The position numbers were made by a program, and so were the translations under genes. A stretch of 64,000 bases of DNA, taken from Podarcis melisellensis. Its lineage: Eukaryota. Numbering within the stretch: the first letter of the stretch is position 1; each line of letters begins with the position of its first letter. Location: NCBI GenBank assembly GCA_964234715.1, contig OZ174280.1; one strand, 5' to 3'. A model generated the notes under the pieces. The model made no database searches. It was given only the letters and a program-made list of their open reading frames with translations, and had not been told where the DNA came from. Shown here in pieces: positions 25,508 to 37,488 of the stretch.

Positions 25508-26045
25508 TGGCCGACTCTCAGGTCTTCGCACTTCAGAGAAGGGTCGGCGCCCGCCGCGCCCTGCGCCGCGAGACAAGCCAAGCACAAGGTTCCCAAGGAC
25601 CAGAGCGCGATCACACCGCCTTTTTTCCTCTTGTTCCCTGACAGCGGCATCTCCTGCCAGGCGGCCATGTTGGAAAACGAGCCCCCTGGTCAGCTGACGT
25701 TTTCGCCCTATCTAGTAGCGTCGACGCCTCTCTCAAAGGGCTCCGGGCCTCGAAATGGGGCGGAAGAAGCAGCGCTGTTCTTTCAGGGAAGCCTTCATTT
25801 TCCCATAGCAAAGATGGCTTCCCGTTCCTTATAATTTCCAATGCGGTTGAAGGCAGAAAGCGCCCGCTCTCCTCCCCGGTAAACAGACAGGCGGCGAAAT
25901 GGGAAGTCGGGTGCCTTTTGAAAAGATGGATGCGAGAGGAAGCTCGGCTGCCCTTACTTAAGATGGATCCTTTTGAAGCGCGGAAACTTGACTAAAGTGT
26001 TCAGTCCCTTCCCAATCTCAAAACGAAAGCGCGTGCGGTGGTCAG
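25370..26045 (-). promoter_or_regulatory. TM2D1 CpG-island promoter
   Basis: CpG-rich; YY1 motif AACATGGCCGCC over the ATG; several AAGATGG motifs; GC box GGGGCGG; ETS-like CGGAAG; RFX X-box-like GTTGCCATGGTGAT at 25463-25476. Confidence 0.75.
25508..25668 (-). CDS. TM2D1: TM2D1 coding exon 1
   Basis: ATG at 25668; MAAW...hydrophobic signal-like stretch...SLKCEDLRVG(Q); 161 nt, ending at the AT-type donor. Confidence 0.93.
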
Positions 26046-26167
26046 AGGTTGATAGGATCATAAAATAAACGCGAATGTAGAGTATGAACAAAGGATAAAG
26101 CCAAGCTCACAAATTAATGAATGTGTCGTGTTATTTATTCAATTTATATCCCACCCTTCCTCCCGAA

Positions 26168-26303
26168 CAGGGTTTCCCAAACTTGGGTCTCAAGCTGTTT
26201 TTTGGACTACAACTCCCATCATCCCTGGTCGCTGGGCCTGCTAGCTAGGGATGATGGGAGTTGTAGTCCCAAAACAGCTGGAGACCCAGTTTAGGAAACC
26301 CTG
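26168..26303. mobile_element. hAT-type palindromic MITE between the two promoters
   Basis: Near-perfect inverted arms; 8-bp TSD CTCCCGAA (26160-26167 and 26304-26311). Confidence 0.9.
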
Positions 26304-27169
26304 CTCCCGAAGAAGCTATCAAGAAGTTGATAGATTCCTCTCGCTTCCATCCACTGTCGCAACCTCTAAAGGTTGCATATATATATAAAAAAAGCTAACG
26401 GGGCTCCGGGGTCATTTACCGAAATTAAGCAGTTTCACATGCACACGCAAAACGAATATTTGTATATCATAATAAGAAAAAGCTTCACCTGCTGAAAAAT
26501 TCTGTTAGGTATTCACCAAAGGGGTGAAGACGTTCACTGGCAACAGGGATTGGTAAGCATGCATTTAAATGTTTTAAGCTAATTTTATAGAATAATAGAG
26601 AAGAGTATTGTGTGGTAACAGTATTGTGCAGTCCTAACCATGTCTATTCAGAAGTAAGCCCTACTGAATTCAATGGGGCTTTCTCAAAGGTAAGTAAATT
26701 TAGGATTGCAACCCCAGTTCCCTACTCCTGGATTCACTGCCACTGGAGGCACAGGTGCCATGGTCCCTTTTAGACCGAGATGACTTGCCACCGTACTCCA
26801 TGCTCTACCAGATTGGATTGTGTCCATGTGCTCTACCTGGGGCTGCCCTGGTGAAGGGCAGGTAATTAATAACAGCAGAACAATACTTAGCTAAGAAGAC
26901 TCTTATAACTAACGTGAACTATCCTGGAGTTGAGAATGCATCTCTGAGACACTTGGCTGCCTGCAACTTCATTATTTCCTGTCCGTTTAGGAAAAGTTTA
27001 GAAACTATTTATCCCGAGTTCTAATAATAAGAAAAAGCCAAATATGACTTGTGTTTGTTTTTTCAACTTAAAAAACCCATAAACTGACTCATGATTTCTT
27101 CATGCTTGGGGTTGACCATATTGCTGGTTTCATAAACAGCTACTGCTAAATCAGCTGGATTCTCTTTCG

Positions 27170-27790
27170 CCACTGCCGCGTATTCACACGTGTCGGGAAT
27201 TAATGACGCGCTGGTGCCTCTCGCTTATCTCCCCTTCATCTTGCTTCTCTTTCACGCCCCCCTCAACCCCTGGATTATTTCCTTCTATGTCTCCCCCCAC
27301 TTCTTTATGTGCCTTCCCCAGTCCCTTCACCGCGGCCCTTGGGCTTGTTGGTTCACACCGCGTGGAAATCAAGCGGGGCAAAACCTCGCCGCCTGCCGCT
27401 CTTTCTGCCTTCCTTCCCCTCCTGATCCGGACTCTCCCGGCGTTGGTTTCCTTGCCTAAGGCACGGCTCCCCCTTGCTGCCAGCTTCCTGTGTTGCAGGT
27501 GAGGGCGGCTCGAATCCAGGCTCTCGCTTCCGCCCAGGTAAGAGCGAGTGGAAGATCCGAAAGAGGCAGCCGTGGCAGATCTCTCCTCCCCACCCAGAAA
27601 CCAGGTAAGAGGGGGTCCAGGAACAGGCGACCCTCTCCTCGCCCCCTGACATTTACGGGAAAGAGAAGCAGCGCGCAGCCGCTGGAAAAGCAACCGGCGG
27701 GGCATTTACAGGACGCCCTCCACTTACTTCCTGGATGTTTTTAAGTTTCGTCGAAAACACTTGTCGCACTTCGGGCTGGGCTGCTTTGCA
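27170..27790 (+). promoter_or_regulatory. PATJ: PATJ CpG island and probable non-coding first exon(s)
   Basis: CpG-rich; consensus donors CAG|GTGAGG (27498), CAG|GTAAGA (27537) and CAG|GTAAGA (27604) upstream of the ATG exon. Confidence 0.6.
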
Positions 27791-29577
27791 GAGCCCTGAG
27801 CTGGGATTTAAATCTCTGTGGAGTTTGCTCACAGTTCGTGCTTTTCCTTCTAATTATCCAAGGCTAAAAAGATTTAATAACAATAATAATGAAAAAAATG
27901 GAATTCTAATTTTAACTGCAAGCTTCCACACCTACTGGACTTCCTTGTTTTGGCCGTGGTGAGGGGTTTTGATTATTGCACGGTGGTGGCCGCTTTGGGA
28001 GTTGTCCTGTTTAAAGGTTTAGCATAAACAGTTTAAAACCTAAGGCAGGGTGGAGGAGAAGCTGCGAAAAGCTATTTTCAGCCTGGTTGTAGCTCTCAGT
28101 CATGGCGCAACAGGTCCCACACCTTGGCCCCTGACTAGCTGCTGCACCTTGCTTGAGTAGGTCCTGCCTCTCCATGTCTTTACACAGCCTCCCTGGTGGG
28201 GCTTGTGAGGCCACCCACAGGTTGAGAGTGGACCCACCTGTACTGACCTCACACCACCTGTTTCTGAGATCTAGCAGCCACCTCTGCTGGTGGAATTTGA
28301 GCTTTGTGCCTCTCTGAGGACAAGGGGCCCATCTTCCCTGTGCTGCACCACTGTCTACAGTGGGCAGTGGCAGCAGCACCAATGTTGTCTTTCTCCCTCT
28401 TGGGCTCAGAGAGCTGCCTGCCGATGGCAGTTGTGTCTCACGCGCCTGACAAAGGGAACAAGTGGAGCTGTAAGGAGCCTCCGCCCCCCTTCTCTTTCTT
28501 GTTGACCCTTTCTGTGTTGCACCTTCCTCTAGTTGCCCCTTTCTCTGTGGCTGGTGACACAGGGAGGGTTAGGTCCAGCAGGGCTTCCCAGAGTGAGCAC
28601 TGCTTCACATCTCCTGTCATTTGTGAACTGCCTTTGGGCAGTTTCGCGGAGGAGACTGGGCCAAGTGGGTCTGTCCAGAGAGAGAGAGATAGAGAACCTA
28701 AGCTGTTGCTGTCTCTGTCTCTGCTCTTGGCACTAAGCAGCTAGGATTGGATGCAGCAGGCATGGCTCTGCCAAGACATTTGCCACCTAAGGCAGAACAG
28801 CAAAGTGTGCCCTCCCGCAATCCATGCACATAATAGCCACAGCCAGCTAAGTTTATTTTGCCACTCAAGGCAGAACAATCCCCAAACCCCCTCTCACCTT
28901 CCCTGGTAGTAAAATACAATAGTAATAAATTAAATAATCATATGAAGCCTTTTTGTGACACCCCAAACCAGCTGCCTCATTCTGCCGCCAATGATAGGGC
29001 TGGCACTGCTGTAGCACCACTTGGAAGAGTGCCAAAGCAGGGAGGCCAACAGTAATCCAATGTGAATTTAAACTCGTATAATGGGAGAATATGGCAGGGG
29101 TGTAAATTTTTGAATTTGCTGGGTCCCTTTTATGTTTATAGGTAGCAGGAAGCTAAATAGCCACATCTTCTCAGCATTGTTTGTGTTATGCTAAATAATA
29201 ATACATACTGGATAATACGTATTGTTTTGTGGCTGGGGAATCTTTTTTCTTTTAAATGCTTTAGGCTGCAGTCCTTACCCCTCTTGTCTGGAAGTAAGCT
29301 CCACTGAATTCAATAGGACTTGCTTATTAATGGATATGGTTAAGATTGTGCTGTTAGTGAAGAAACTGTATTTATCACAATCGTAATCCCCCCATGATCT
29401 CCAAACATTTTGATTGAATGTGGGATTTTAAGAAGCAGCTTTTGAGAATGGTTACAGGTATTATGTGCGTGTGTGACATCTTTGCTCCACAAAAAGAAAC
29501 ATGTTGACCTCAACTTAACTTCTACTTTTATTTTAAAATGCAGATTATTTTGACTACTGCAGCACAGATAAGCCAAC

Positions 29578-29599
29578 ATGCCAGAAAATCCTGTTGCAG
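29578..29599 (+). CDS. PATJ: PATJ (InaD-like protein) first coding exon
   Basis: Acceptor at 29543; ATG CCA GAA AAT CCT GTT GCA G|gtaggc = MPENPVA. Confidence 0.9.
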
Positions 29600-29689
29600 G
29601 TAGGCGTCTCTGGAAAAGAATCTCTTGGTTAAATAATCAAATATTTCAAAGCAGGCGTTTAATGCGTGATGTTTTATGGAATCCCACAG

Positions 29690-29856
29690 ATAAGCAGCAG
29701 GTGCTGCGGATTTTGGAGCGTCTGCTATTGAAGCTACACGAGAGAGGAGACACTTCACAGATCGATAATCTGGCTTTCCTGTACAATACACTCAAGAATC
29801 CCTTGTTTAATCATATGCTGACTCTTCAGCAGTCAATCAAGCAACTGAAAGAACAA
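29690..29856 (+). CDS. PATJ: PATJ coding exon 2 (L27 domain)
   Basis: cacag|AT AAG...GAA CAA|gtaagt; [56 protein letters not shown]. Confidence 0.95.
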
Positions 29857-30409
29857 GTAAGTTAAAGACTGTGAAGTTTAGCAATGCTGGTGGTTATGTT
29901 TGAGGGATGAATTAATGAAATCTTCATTGCTGACAATGTTGTTTTACACTATATATCTGCTTGGGGTGGATGCTGATCTTTTGTCACTTCTATGGTAAAT
30001 TTATCATTGTAATCTATCATAGATTTACTAACTCGGTAAATAATTGCCTTCAGAGAATTATGTTCTATGTCTGGGTTTTCTGCCTCAGGCAGAGGGTTGG
30101 GTCCTGCCCTGGGCTCCTTTTGCAGGAAAGGTGGGATAGAAATTAAGTAACTAAAATAGGTAATAAATAGATGACCACGAGGCCTGCCCCCCCCCCATGA
30201 TTTGTTACTAATGTTATACAAAGGTTTAACATCAGAGGTCAAACTTCCGGCTATCGTGCCTTGAACCTAACATTTGAAGTTTTCCGAGGTTTTCCTACAT
30301 TTGGCCACTCCTGAGATTAATAAGAAGCGCTCAATGCATTGACTCACAAATCGACCGGCAGGAGAAACAATTCTTTGTGCAAACAAATGTCTTCCCTTGC
30401 TATCCACAG

Positions 30410-30604
30410 CTCGCTTACATGCCTCCAAATCGTTCAGTGGATTTTGATTTTACCAGGAGAGGTTTGCTGGTGTTCGACGCTGATCAAAATTCTCTTGCTA
30501 ATGGAAACCTTTATATGACTTGCAACCAAAACAATCAGATGACTCCTCTAGTTCCAAAGCCTGGAGTTGATGAGTTTAATTTGGCAATCCAGAGGATGGC
30601 AAAG
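30410..30604 (+). CDS. PATJ: PATJ coding exon 3
   Basis: cacag|CTC...GCA AAG|gtatgg; LAYMPPNRSVDFDFTRRGLLVF...EFNLAIQRMAK. Confidence 0.93.
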
Positions 30605-31042
30605 GTATGGCACAGCACCATTGGCAGACTAAATATATATTGCTCATCCCATTAATTCCAAATGTTTCTGGTTTTAAAGTTTTACATTTGTACAGCAAAG
30701 CATGCAAGTGTATTTTTTTTTGGGGGGGGGTGCATTATAATTGTATAATGGTAAGTAATAGAAAGCCCATGTTCTAAGTATTTTTTGAGCAGGTTATTGC
30801 CAAACCTTGAATTTGTGGCATTTTCTTCGATTCTTGCATGTATTCAATGTTCTTTTTGTAAAAACTCAGGAAGTGTGTAGTCATCATCATCATCATCAGG
30901 GCTTTTTTTCTAAAAAAATGTTTAGGGGTACTCTCATTTTCACTCAAGAAAGTCACCATTTTATGGTTCAAATCAGGAAAAATAAATACAGTAGATTGAC
31001 AAAATGTTTAGGGGTGTGCGTACCCCCAGGAAAAAAGCACTG

Positions 31043-31350
31043 ATAATAATAATATTGATACCCCACCGATCTGGCTGGTTTTCCCCAGCTGCTCTGGGCA
31101 GCTTATCTAAAAACATAATAAAAGCATTAAAGAACTTCTGATACAGGGCTGCCTTCAGATGTCTTCTAAAAGTTGTGTAATTCTTTATCTTCATGACATC
31201 TGAAGGGTGGGCATTCCACAGGGAGGGCACCACTACTGAGAAGGTCCTCTGCCTGGTTCCCTGTCACTTTGCTTCTTGCAGTGAGAGAACCAGCGGAAGA
31301 CCCTCGGTGGAGGACCTCAATGTCCGGTCTAAGCGATAAGGGTGGGGACT
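31043..31350 (-). mobile_element. L2-type LINE 3' end fragment
   Basis: (ATT)n tail; minus-strand peptide VPSLWNAHPSDVMKIKNYTTFRRHLKAALY resembles an L2/CR1 ORF2 C-terminus. Confidence 0.7.
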
Positions 31351-31536
31351 AGTTTAATGGTTAATTTCACTATTCTATGTAATGTTTTTATTTTGTAATG
31401 ACATCAAGTTGAAGCCATACATGAAATTTGGTTCTCAATAGGCTTTGCTTGTTTAGTAGGGTTTTTTGGGGGGGTGTATTTTAAGATAAATGAATAGAAT
31501 ATTGTAAGTTAATTGCTTTTATTTTTCATTTATTAG

Positions 31537-31676
31537 GGCAGGCAAATAGAAAATATTGCAATAGAGAAGCCATTTAATGGAGGCCTTGGATTTAGTGTGG
31601 TTGCTCTTAAAAACCAAAGTCTTGGAGAACCTGGTATCTTTGTCAAGGAAGTTCAGCCAGGAAGCATAGCAGCCAG
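31537..31676 (+). CDS. PATJ: PATJ coding exon 4 (PDZ1 N-half)
   Basis: attag|GGC AGG...GCC AG|gtgaga; [46 protein letters not shown](R); GLGF motif. Confidence 0.96.
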
Positions 31677-32291
31677 GTGAGATTCTTGTTTCATATTGTC
31701 AAAGCTCATAAAAATAACACGAATTGAATAAAGGGTATGACATTCTTCATGCTGTTCTTTAAAACCATTGTTCTTAAATACTATTGGCATTGCCAGGACC
31801 CTAGAGTTGCAAGACAGCCAAGAGTTGTCTTGTCAAATCTCCTTGTTGTAAGGCAGGACATCTTGCCCACCAGCCTGCCACAGATTAGTGGATGTGAACT
31901 GGACACCACAGTGCACTAGAAGCAGAGTACAGGGGCATTATGGACAGCTGCCTGCCAAGGGTGGTTCTGTATAATGAAAGCAGATAAGCCAATACTGATA
32001 ATAATGTTGAGCATTCATTTTAGACTTGAGCAGCGCCGAATCATGATTCCTGTGATGCAGAAGGTGGGCGCTGAGATATAGTGGTCACTTTAATGAATTT
32101 ATGGACAAGTGAGATACAAACTAGGGACAACTCATGCTTTTCTCACTATACTGCACCAGCCAACCGCAATACTATTAGAGAAGGCAGTTCTGTATCCCTC
32201 CGCATATCTGTGAGGGGTGTTTGTGTCCTTGAAAACCTGTTATGAAGATGCTGCCATGCTCTTTTCAAGCATTTTGTTTGCTTTATCCAAG

Positions 32292-32487
32292 GGATCAAAG
32301 ATTAAAGGAGAATGACCAAATACTGGCCATTAATCACACCCTGTTGGATCAGAACATTTCCCACCAACAGGCCATTATATTGCTCCAGCAAGCCACAGGT
32401 TCCTTACATTTGATTGTGGCCAGGGAACCAACCCAGAGAAGCAGTCGGACTTCAACCTCCTTAAGTGATGTTAATTCACTTGAAATG
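32292..32487 (+). CDS. PATJ: PATJ coding exon 5 (PDZ1 C-half)
   Basis: ccaag|G GAT...GAA ATG|gtaagt; [46 protein letters not shown]... Confidence 0.96.
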
Positions 32488-32961
32488 GTAAGTTACAGCT
32501 TTGCCAGAATTGAGTTTTGAATTACAAATGTCTTAAGACACATTGTACAGTGTTTACAATGTTCGTCAAATTGCACTGGGGCATTTAACTCCGTATGATT
32601 AGTGTCTTTGTCTTCCACACAGATATAATGTAGATCAAACTAAATATGCAATAAAAAAACATATTCCTGGATGTATGTGTCAACTTGCAACTCTCTTGGA
32701 ACAACCTTGCAACTTCAAATGGAGTTGTAAAAATAATAAAATTGCTTTGTAGGAAGTAACTAGCTGGTAACCCGTTGAGTTGAAATGCTATCTCCTGTGT
32801 TCTATAAACTTTTTGTGTGCTGTGCATTCTTATTTTTTAATGTTTATTAAATTTCTATACCACCCTTCATCCAAAGATCACAGGACAGCTTACAATATAA
32901 AAGCATAACCATACACAAAAAGTATCATGATAAACAGACTTTCATCTTCTGCTTCTTCCAG

Positions 32962-33090
32962 ATCAATTGGGGCCATGTTGAGGAAGTAGAGCTTGTTAAC
33001 GATGGCTCAGGATTGGGTTTCGGAATTGTAGGAGGAAAGTCAAGTGGCGTAGTGGTGAGGACTGTTGTTCCTGGAGGACTGGCAGATAAG
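32962..33090 (+). CDS. PATJ: PATJ coding exon 6 (PDZ2 N-half)
   Basis: ttccag|ATC...GAT AAG|gtaact; [43 protein letters not shown]. Confidence 0.97.
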
Positions 33091-36000
33091 GTAACTGTTT
33101 TGTACTGTGCCCTTCTTTAAAACAAAACATCCAATAGTTATCAGTTGGAATTTCAAAGCAAGCTAAGGTGTTGTATTTTAAAGAGTGGCAGGTGCTGGGG
33201 GTGGGTGATTGATGCAACCAGTTGGAGACCCCCTTGCCTAACTTAACCTGCACTTCCTTTCACTAGACACTGGAGAAAGATGGCAGAGTTATACCCATCT
33301 CTTTCCACTTCTTCTCACTACTGCTGTTAGCAAAGTGAGTGGCAAGCACAATTCTAGCTGTGCTGCTCATTCCATTGTGGGGAGAGGACAGTAATTGGGC
33401 AGAAGTGCTGACTCCAGTCCGTGGCCTTTATTTCCACATGCCTATTATGATCAAAGAAGACTGATATTATTCAAGACTCAAGAGTCAGTATCTATAAAAG
33501 CAAGGCTAAAGCTTGGGCAAGGATAACTAACTTTAAATGTTGACGGTGTCTGTGTTCCAAGTCAGATGAATGGTTTTTCAAGTATGCCACAGTAAGAAAG
33601 GGAATTTAGAAAACATGTGCACCATTGGGATCTAAAGATCAGTAATATGTTAACCATTAGACTTAAAGTATTGGAGAGAAGCAACACAAAGCTGTATTCA
33701 TGCATTATGCCAAACTCAGTTAATCACTACATGTACTAACAGCAGTGAGTTTGCTCCCATCCTCCCTATTTGTCTTCCTAACTATTATTGTTAATATTAA
33801 TTAAATTTCTATACCACTCTTCAAAGATCACAGGGTGGTTTACAATATAAATATAACTATCCCTTGCCCTCTATTCACAGAGGTTTCCTAGCCAATCAGA
33901 TTTTGATTCTATCAACCTAATTTGCTGTGTTTCCATGCAGCACACAACACAATAGTTTACTGAGAAACTGGAAGTTGGTTGGGATATTGCTGTGAATGTG
34001 TGCGGCCGAGGCTTACCAGTTGTTCAAATCTAAGTTTTGGTGATGTTTGTGAATACAGCAAGAAACTCTATAAACGAATCATATTTGTTTTGGTGCCTAT
34101 GGAACTAATACAACTTACATTGTATTTGAGTTCTCTTACACAGAACTCTCCAGACTTTGCAAATCTGGAGCGTTCATGCTTGAGATTCCCAGAATAATAA
34201 GTATGAGTTCAAATAGGAATACTATTTAATTATGACATTTTCAAGTAATCTTAGTGGCTTACATAGTTTCCTGCATCTCCCATTTTTATCTTCACAATAA
34301 CCCTGTGAGGTAGATCAGGCAAAAAATAGGATACAGTCTCCCTGGCTCTAGACCAGGGCAGTTGTTAGTGCTTCCGCCTATAGCTTGATCATGCCAGGAA
34401 GATACCTACATGATCATAGAGTTGTGAATCTTCATGCAACAACCCAAGTTGCTTTACAGGCTGTGGGTTTTGGAGTCGGCTGACTGTGCGCTCTTGATAG
34501 GGATTGAGACCCTGAGTCTATTTTTTTTAGAAATTATGAACCTCTTGTGCTTCCATGTCCATCAGCTGGCACTAAAGGATGCTACACCTTTTGGGATTGG
34601 CTTTTCAATGCAACTATGACTAAAACTTGCTGCCTCTAACCTTGTGGATACAAAGAGGGCTCTGTTTCATTTTATTAATATTAATGTACGGAAAAGAGAC
34701 AGTTTATAGGATGTGTTCCAATTCATAATATAAATGAAAGTTGAGAGACTTGAAGAGTTGAAATTTTAAAAGTTGGCTGTTCTGCCCCCTCTACAAAACT
34801 GTCTGTTATAATGAATGCTTTTCTCTTGTGCCTTTGGAACACCTGTTTTGCTGTAAGGAACAAAATGTTTTGGCATCCAAAAGCATATGTCATACTGTCT
34901 TAATTTGCAGCAGTCTTGAGTGACTAAGAATAGGGGTACAGTACAAAAAGGAGAGTAATTATGTTAAATTTTGAAAGAAAAGGAGGAAGAGATAATGGCC
35001 ACATCCACCCGTAATGCTAAGCCAAACCATGGCATAGGGTGAACATGTTGACTCCCAAAGAGAGGATTGCACTTTCTTTGCTCATTCGTGGACTTTTTAC
35101 CTTAGCCAGCCCAGCCAGCCAGCCAAGCCAAAGTTTGGCTTAGTGTGTCATCTGAACCAGTGTTTGTGGTTAAGGTATTTCCTCCTTACCCATGATTTGT
35201 AGCCAAGGTTTGTCCTGTGGTTACGGAGGAGAGACCTGAGCAACAATCCCAGGTTCAGACAACATGCTAAGAAAAACTTTGGCTTAGCTGCTGTTCCATG
35301 CTGTGCTAAGAAACCCCCAGAGAGGAACAAAGCAGGTGTGAGCTCCTTAGTGGAAGCCAGCACGGTCCCAGGAAGCCATACTGTGTCTTGCCTTGACATG
35401 AAAAAAGGGCATTGACTGGAAGAGCCAGCACTGATATTGAGACATTGTTTGCTTGGGGAGTTTACTTTGGCAAATAGCTGCTCACACAAACAATCTGTTC
35501 CACATGGGCAGTGTAATAGCAGAGGACCAGCTCATGGGAGATCACACCAGCTACTTCTGTGACAAAAAGAAATGTTGCATGTATCCATCTTGCAGAAGTA
35601 ACCACTCTATACTTGCCTGAGCAGCTCTTCTGGTGTTCTGGAGCTCATGTGTGGATGGTTGTTAGTCCATGTAAAGTCTGAAAAATGACATATCCACTAA
35701 ATCTGAATTATGAACCTTTGCAGAAGCCAGAATGTTCACTTATGAGGGGAAAGTGTATCTGATTTTTTCTGTCAAGTTCTCCATGCATGTCTGGCAGTTT
35801 ATGGACTTGTGTTTGGTGCTTTGTCTTGAGAAATTATCTGAAATGTTTTACTCGCAACAAAAAGATGATGGTTTAAGACTCACTCCTATAATTTATTTAC
35901 TTTTCCCAAGAATGATCTTGCTTGTAAATATAGTGTGGTGGAAAGTATGTAGAATTCCTTAAAAATAAATGGTCTTGCAATGTGCATGTGGCATTTAAGA

Positions 36001-36373
36001 TACTTTTTTCTAGGACCACTAAATCCAACCCCCCCCCCATTTGCTTTTCTGTTTAATAGACCAGTTTCTATAGGAAGTTGCAAAACTACAAATATTTTTC
36101 TGTAGTAGTTTCTTAATTCCCGCCCCCTTGCCCTTATGAAATAACCAAAGAAGTGGCTGATGGTGCAGTAGGTTTTAAAGAAATTTGATATTTAATATTT
36201 GACTTTTTCTTTTCAAAGTAGCATTTGGTGCTGCATTGTTTCATTTGAAAGCATTTTGCACGGTCTGGAGGCATGGGGGGGGAATACGTATTTATTGTTT
36301 GGCAGTGCCTAATTATACTTTAGTGGCAAATCTTAAAACTATGCAAAATTAAAGCCATGTTTGCTACTCAAAG

Positions 36374-36595
36374 GATGGCAGACTCAGAACTGGTGATCAC
36401 ATCTTGGAAATTGGTGGGACAAATGTGCAAGGAATGAGTAGTGAACAAGTGGCTCAAGTGTTGCGGAACTGCGGGAACCGTGTCAAGATGGTTGTTGCAA
36501 GAGACCCCACGTGTGAAGTAACGGTGACACCGCCGACCCCTGTAGCCCAGCCTGTTGGTATGCTGTCTCCTTTTCACGACAGGCGATTTGGAACG
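36374..36595 (+). CDS. PATJ: PATJ coding exon 7 (PDZ2 C-half)
   Basis: caaag|GAT...GGA ACG|gtgagt; [45 protein letters not shown]... Confidence 0.96.
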
Positions 36596-37265
36596 GTGAG
36601 TATCTTCGTGCTTTGCAGTTCTTCCACGAGTTGCATTCTGCAGCAAATACACAACTGAAAACTCCGTATAGATCGCAAGTTTTCAAGGCTATAATTGCCC
36701 CTCTCAAGGTGCATCTCAGCAAATGTTCCAAAAACAGTCACTACCACCTCCACCATCATTCACCTTCACTGTAGAAATTCACAGACTCTCTTGCTATCAC
36801 AGAGCAGAAGATTATTTACTACGTCCCTATAGCTGAGCTCCCTTCATTTTCTAGAGCTGTTCCTTCTGCCTCAACTGGACATGATTGGTTTGAAGTGGAT
36901 GCCCTTGTTAGGGAAGGCCTTCCCCTGAGAGGCTCAGCTAGCCCTGATAATGGCTGTTTTATATTTGTTGGGCAAAATCCTTATTCTCTCAGCTTTAATG
37001 TCCTTTAAAGTATTGTTAGATTCCCTCATCTTTTTGTTGTTGTTAATCTTATAAACCTATTTGTGATGACAGAAGTAGGCGGGTTAATCTGTTCTACCTG
37101 AATACCTCATTATACTTGTGACCTATGTATATATAGGTGTATATATAAATATACATAGGGGGGAAATCTGACCCTTCTTACATATTTGGTTTATAGCCTA
37201 TCTAAAGGTTTGGGAAAGTTAACAAAATGTTAAAAATCAGACTACTTAATTAAATTCATCTAACC

Positions 37266-37488
37266 CCATGGTTCCCAATGTGGGGCACATGCCCCACAGG
37301 GGGGCAATTTGATTCTTAAGGGGGGCAATTTGAGAATGAGTTATTAACAGTGAATGGTCTTTTAGGCTTCCTCCATGTGGATAGGAGTTCACTTTTTGAA
37401 TAATGAGAATTGTATGTCACAGGAAGGGGGCATCAGGATTTTAGAGATGCTTAGGTGGGCATGGCCAAAAAAAGGTTGGGAACCACTG
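37266..37488. mobile_element. hAT-type MITE
   Basis: Ends ccatggttcccaa / ttgggaaccactg; 8-bp TSD ATCTAACC (37258-37265 and 37489-37496). Confidence 0.85.

Noticed and set aside
25333-25668. 111-aa ORF as a standalone gene
   Set aside because: It is TM2D1 exon 1 reading through into the AT-AC intron.
27184-27744. Overlapping 84-173 aa ORFs on both strands
   Set aside because: Stop-poor GC-rich CpG island; no protein family signal.
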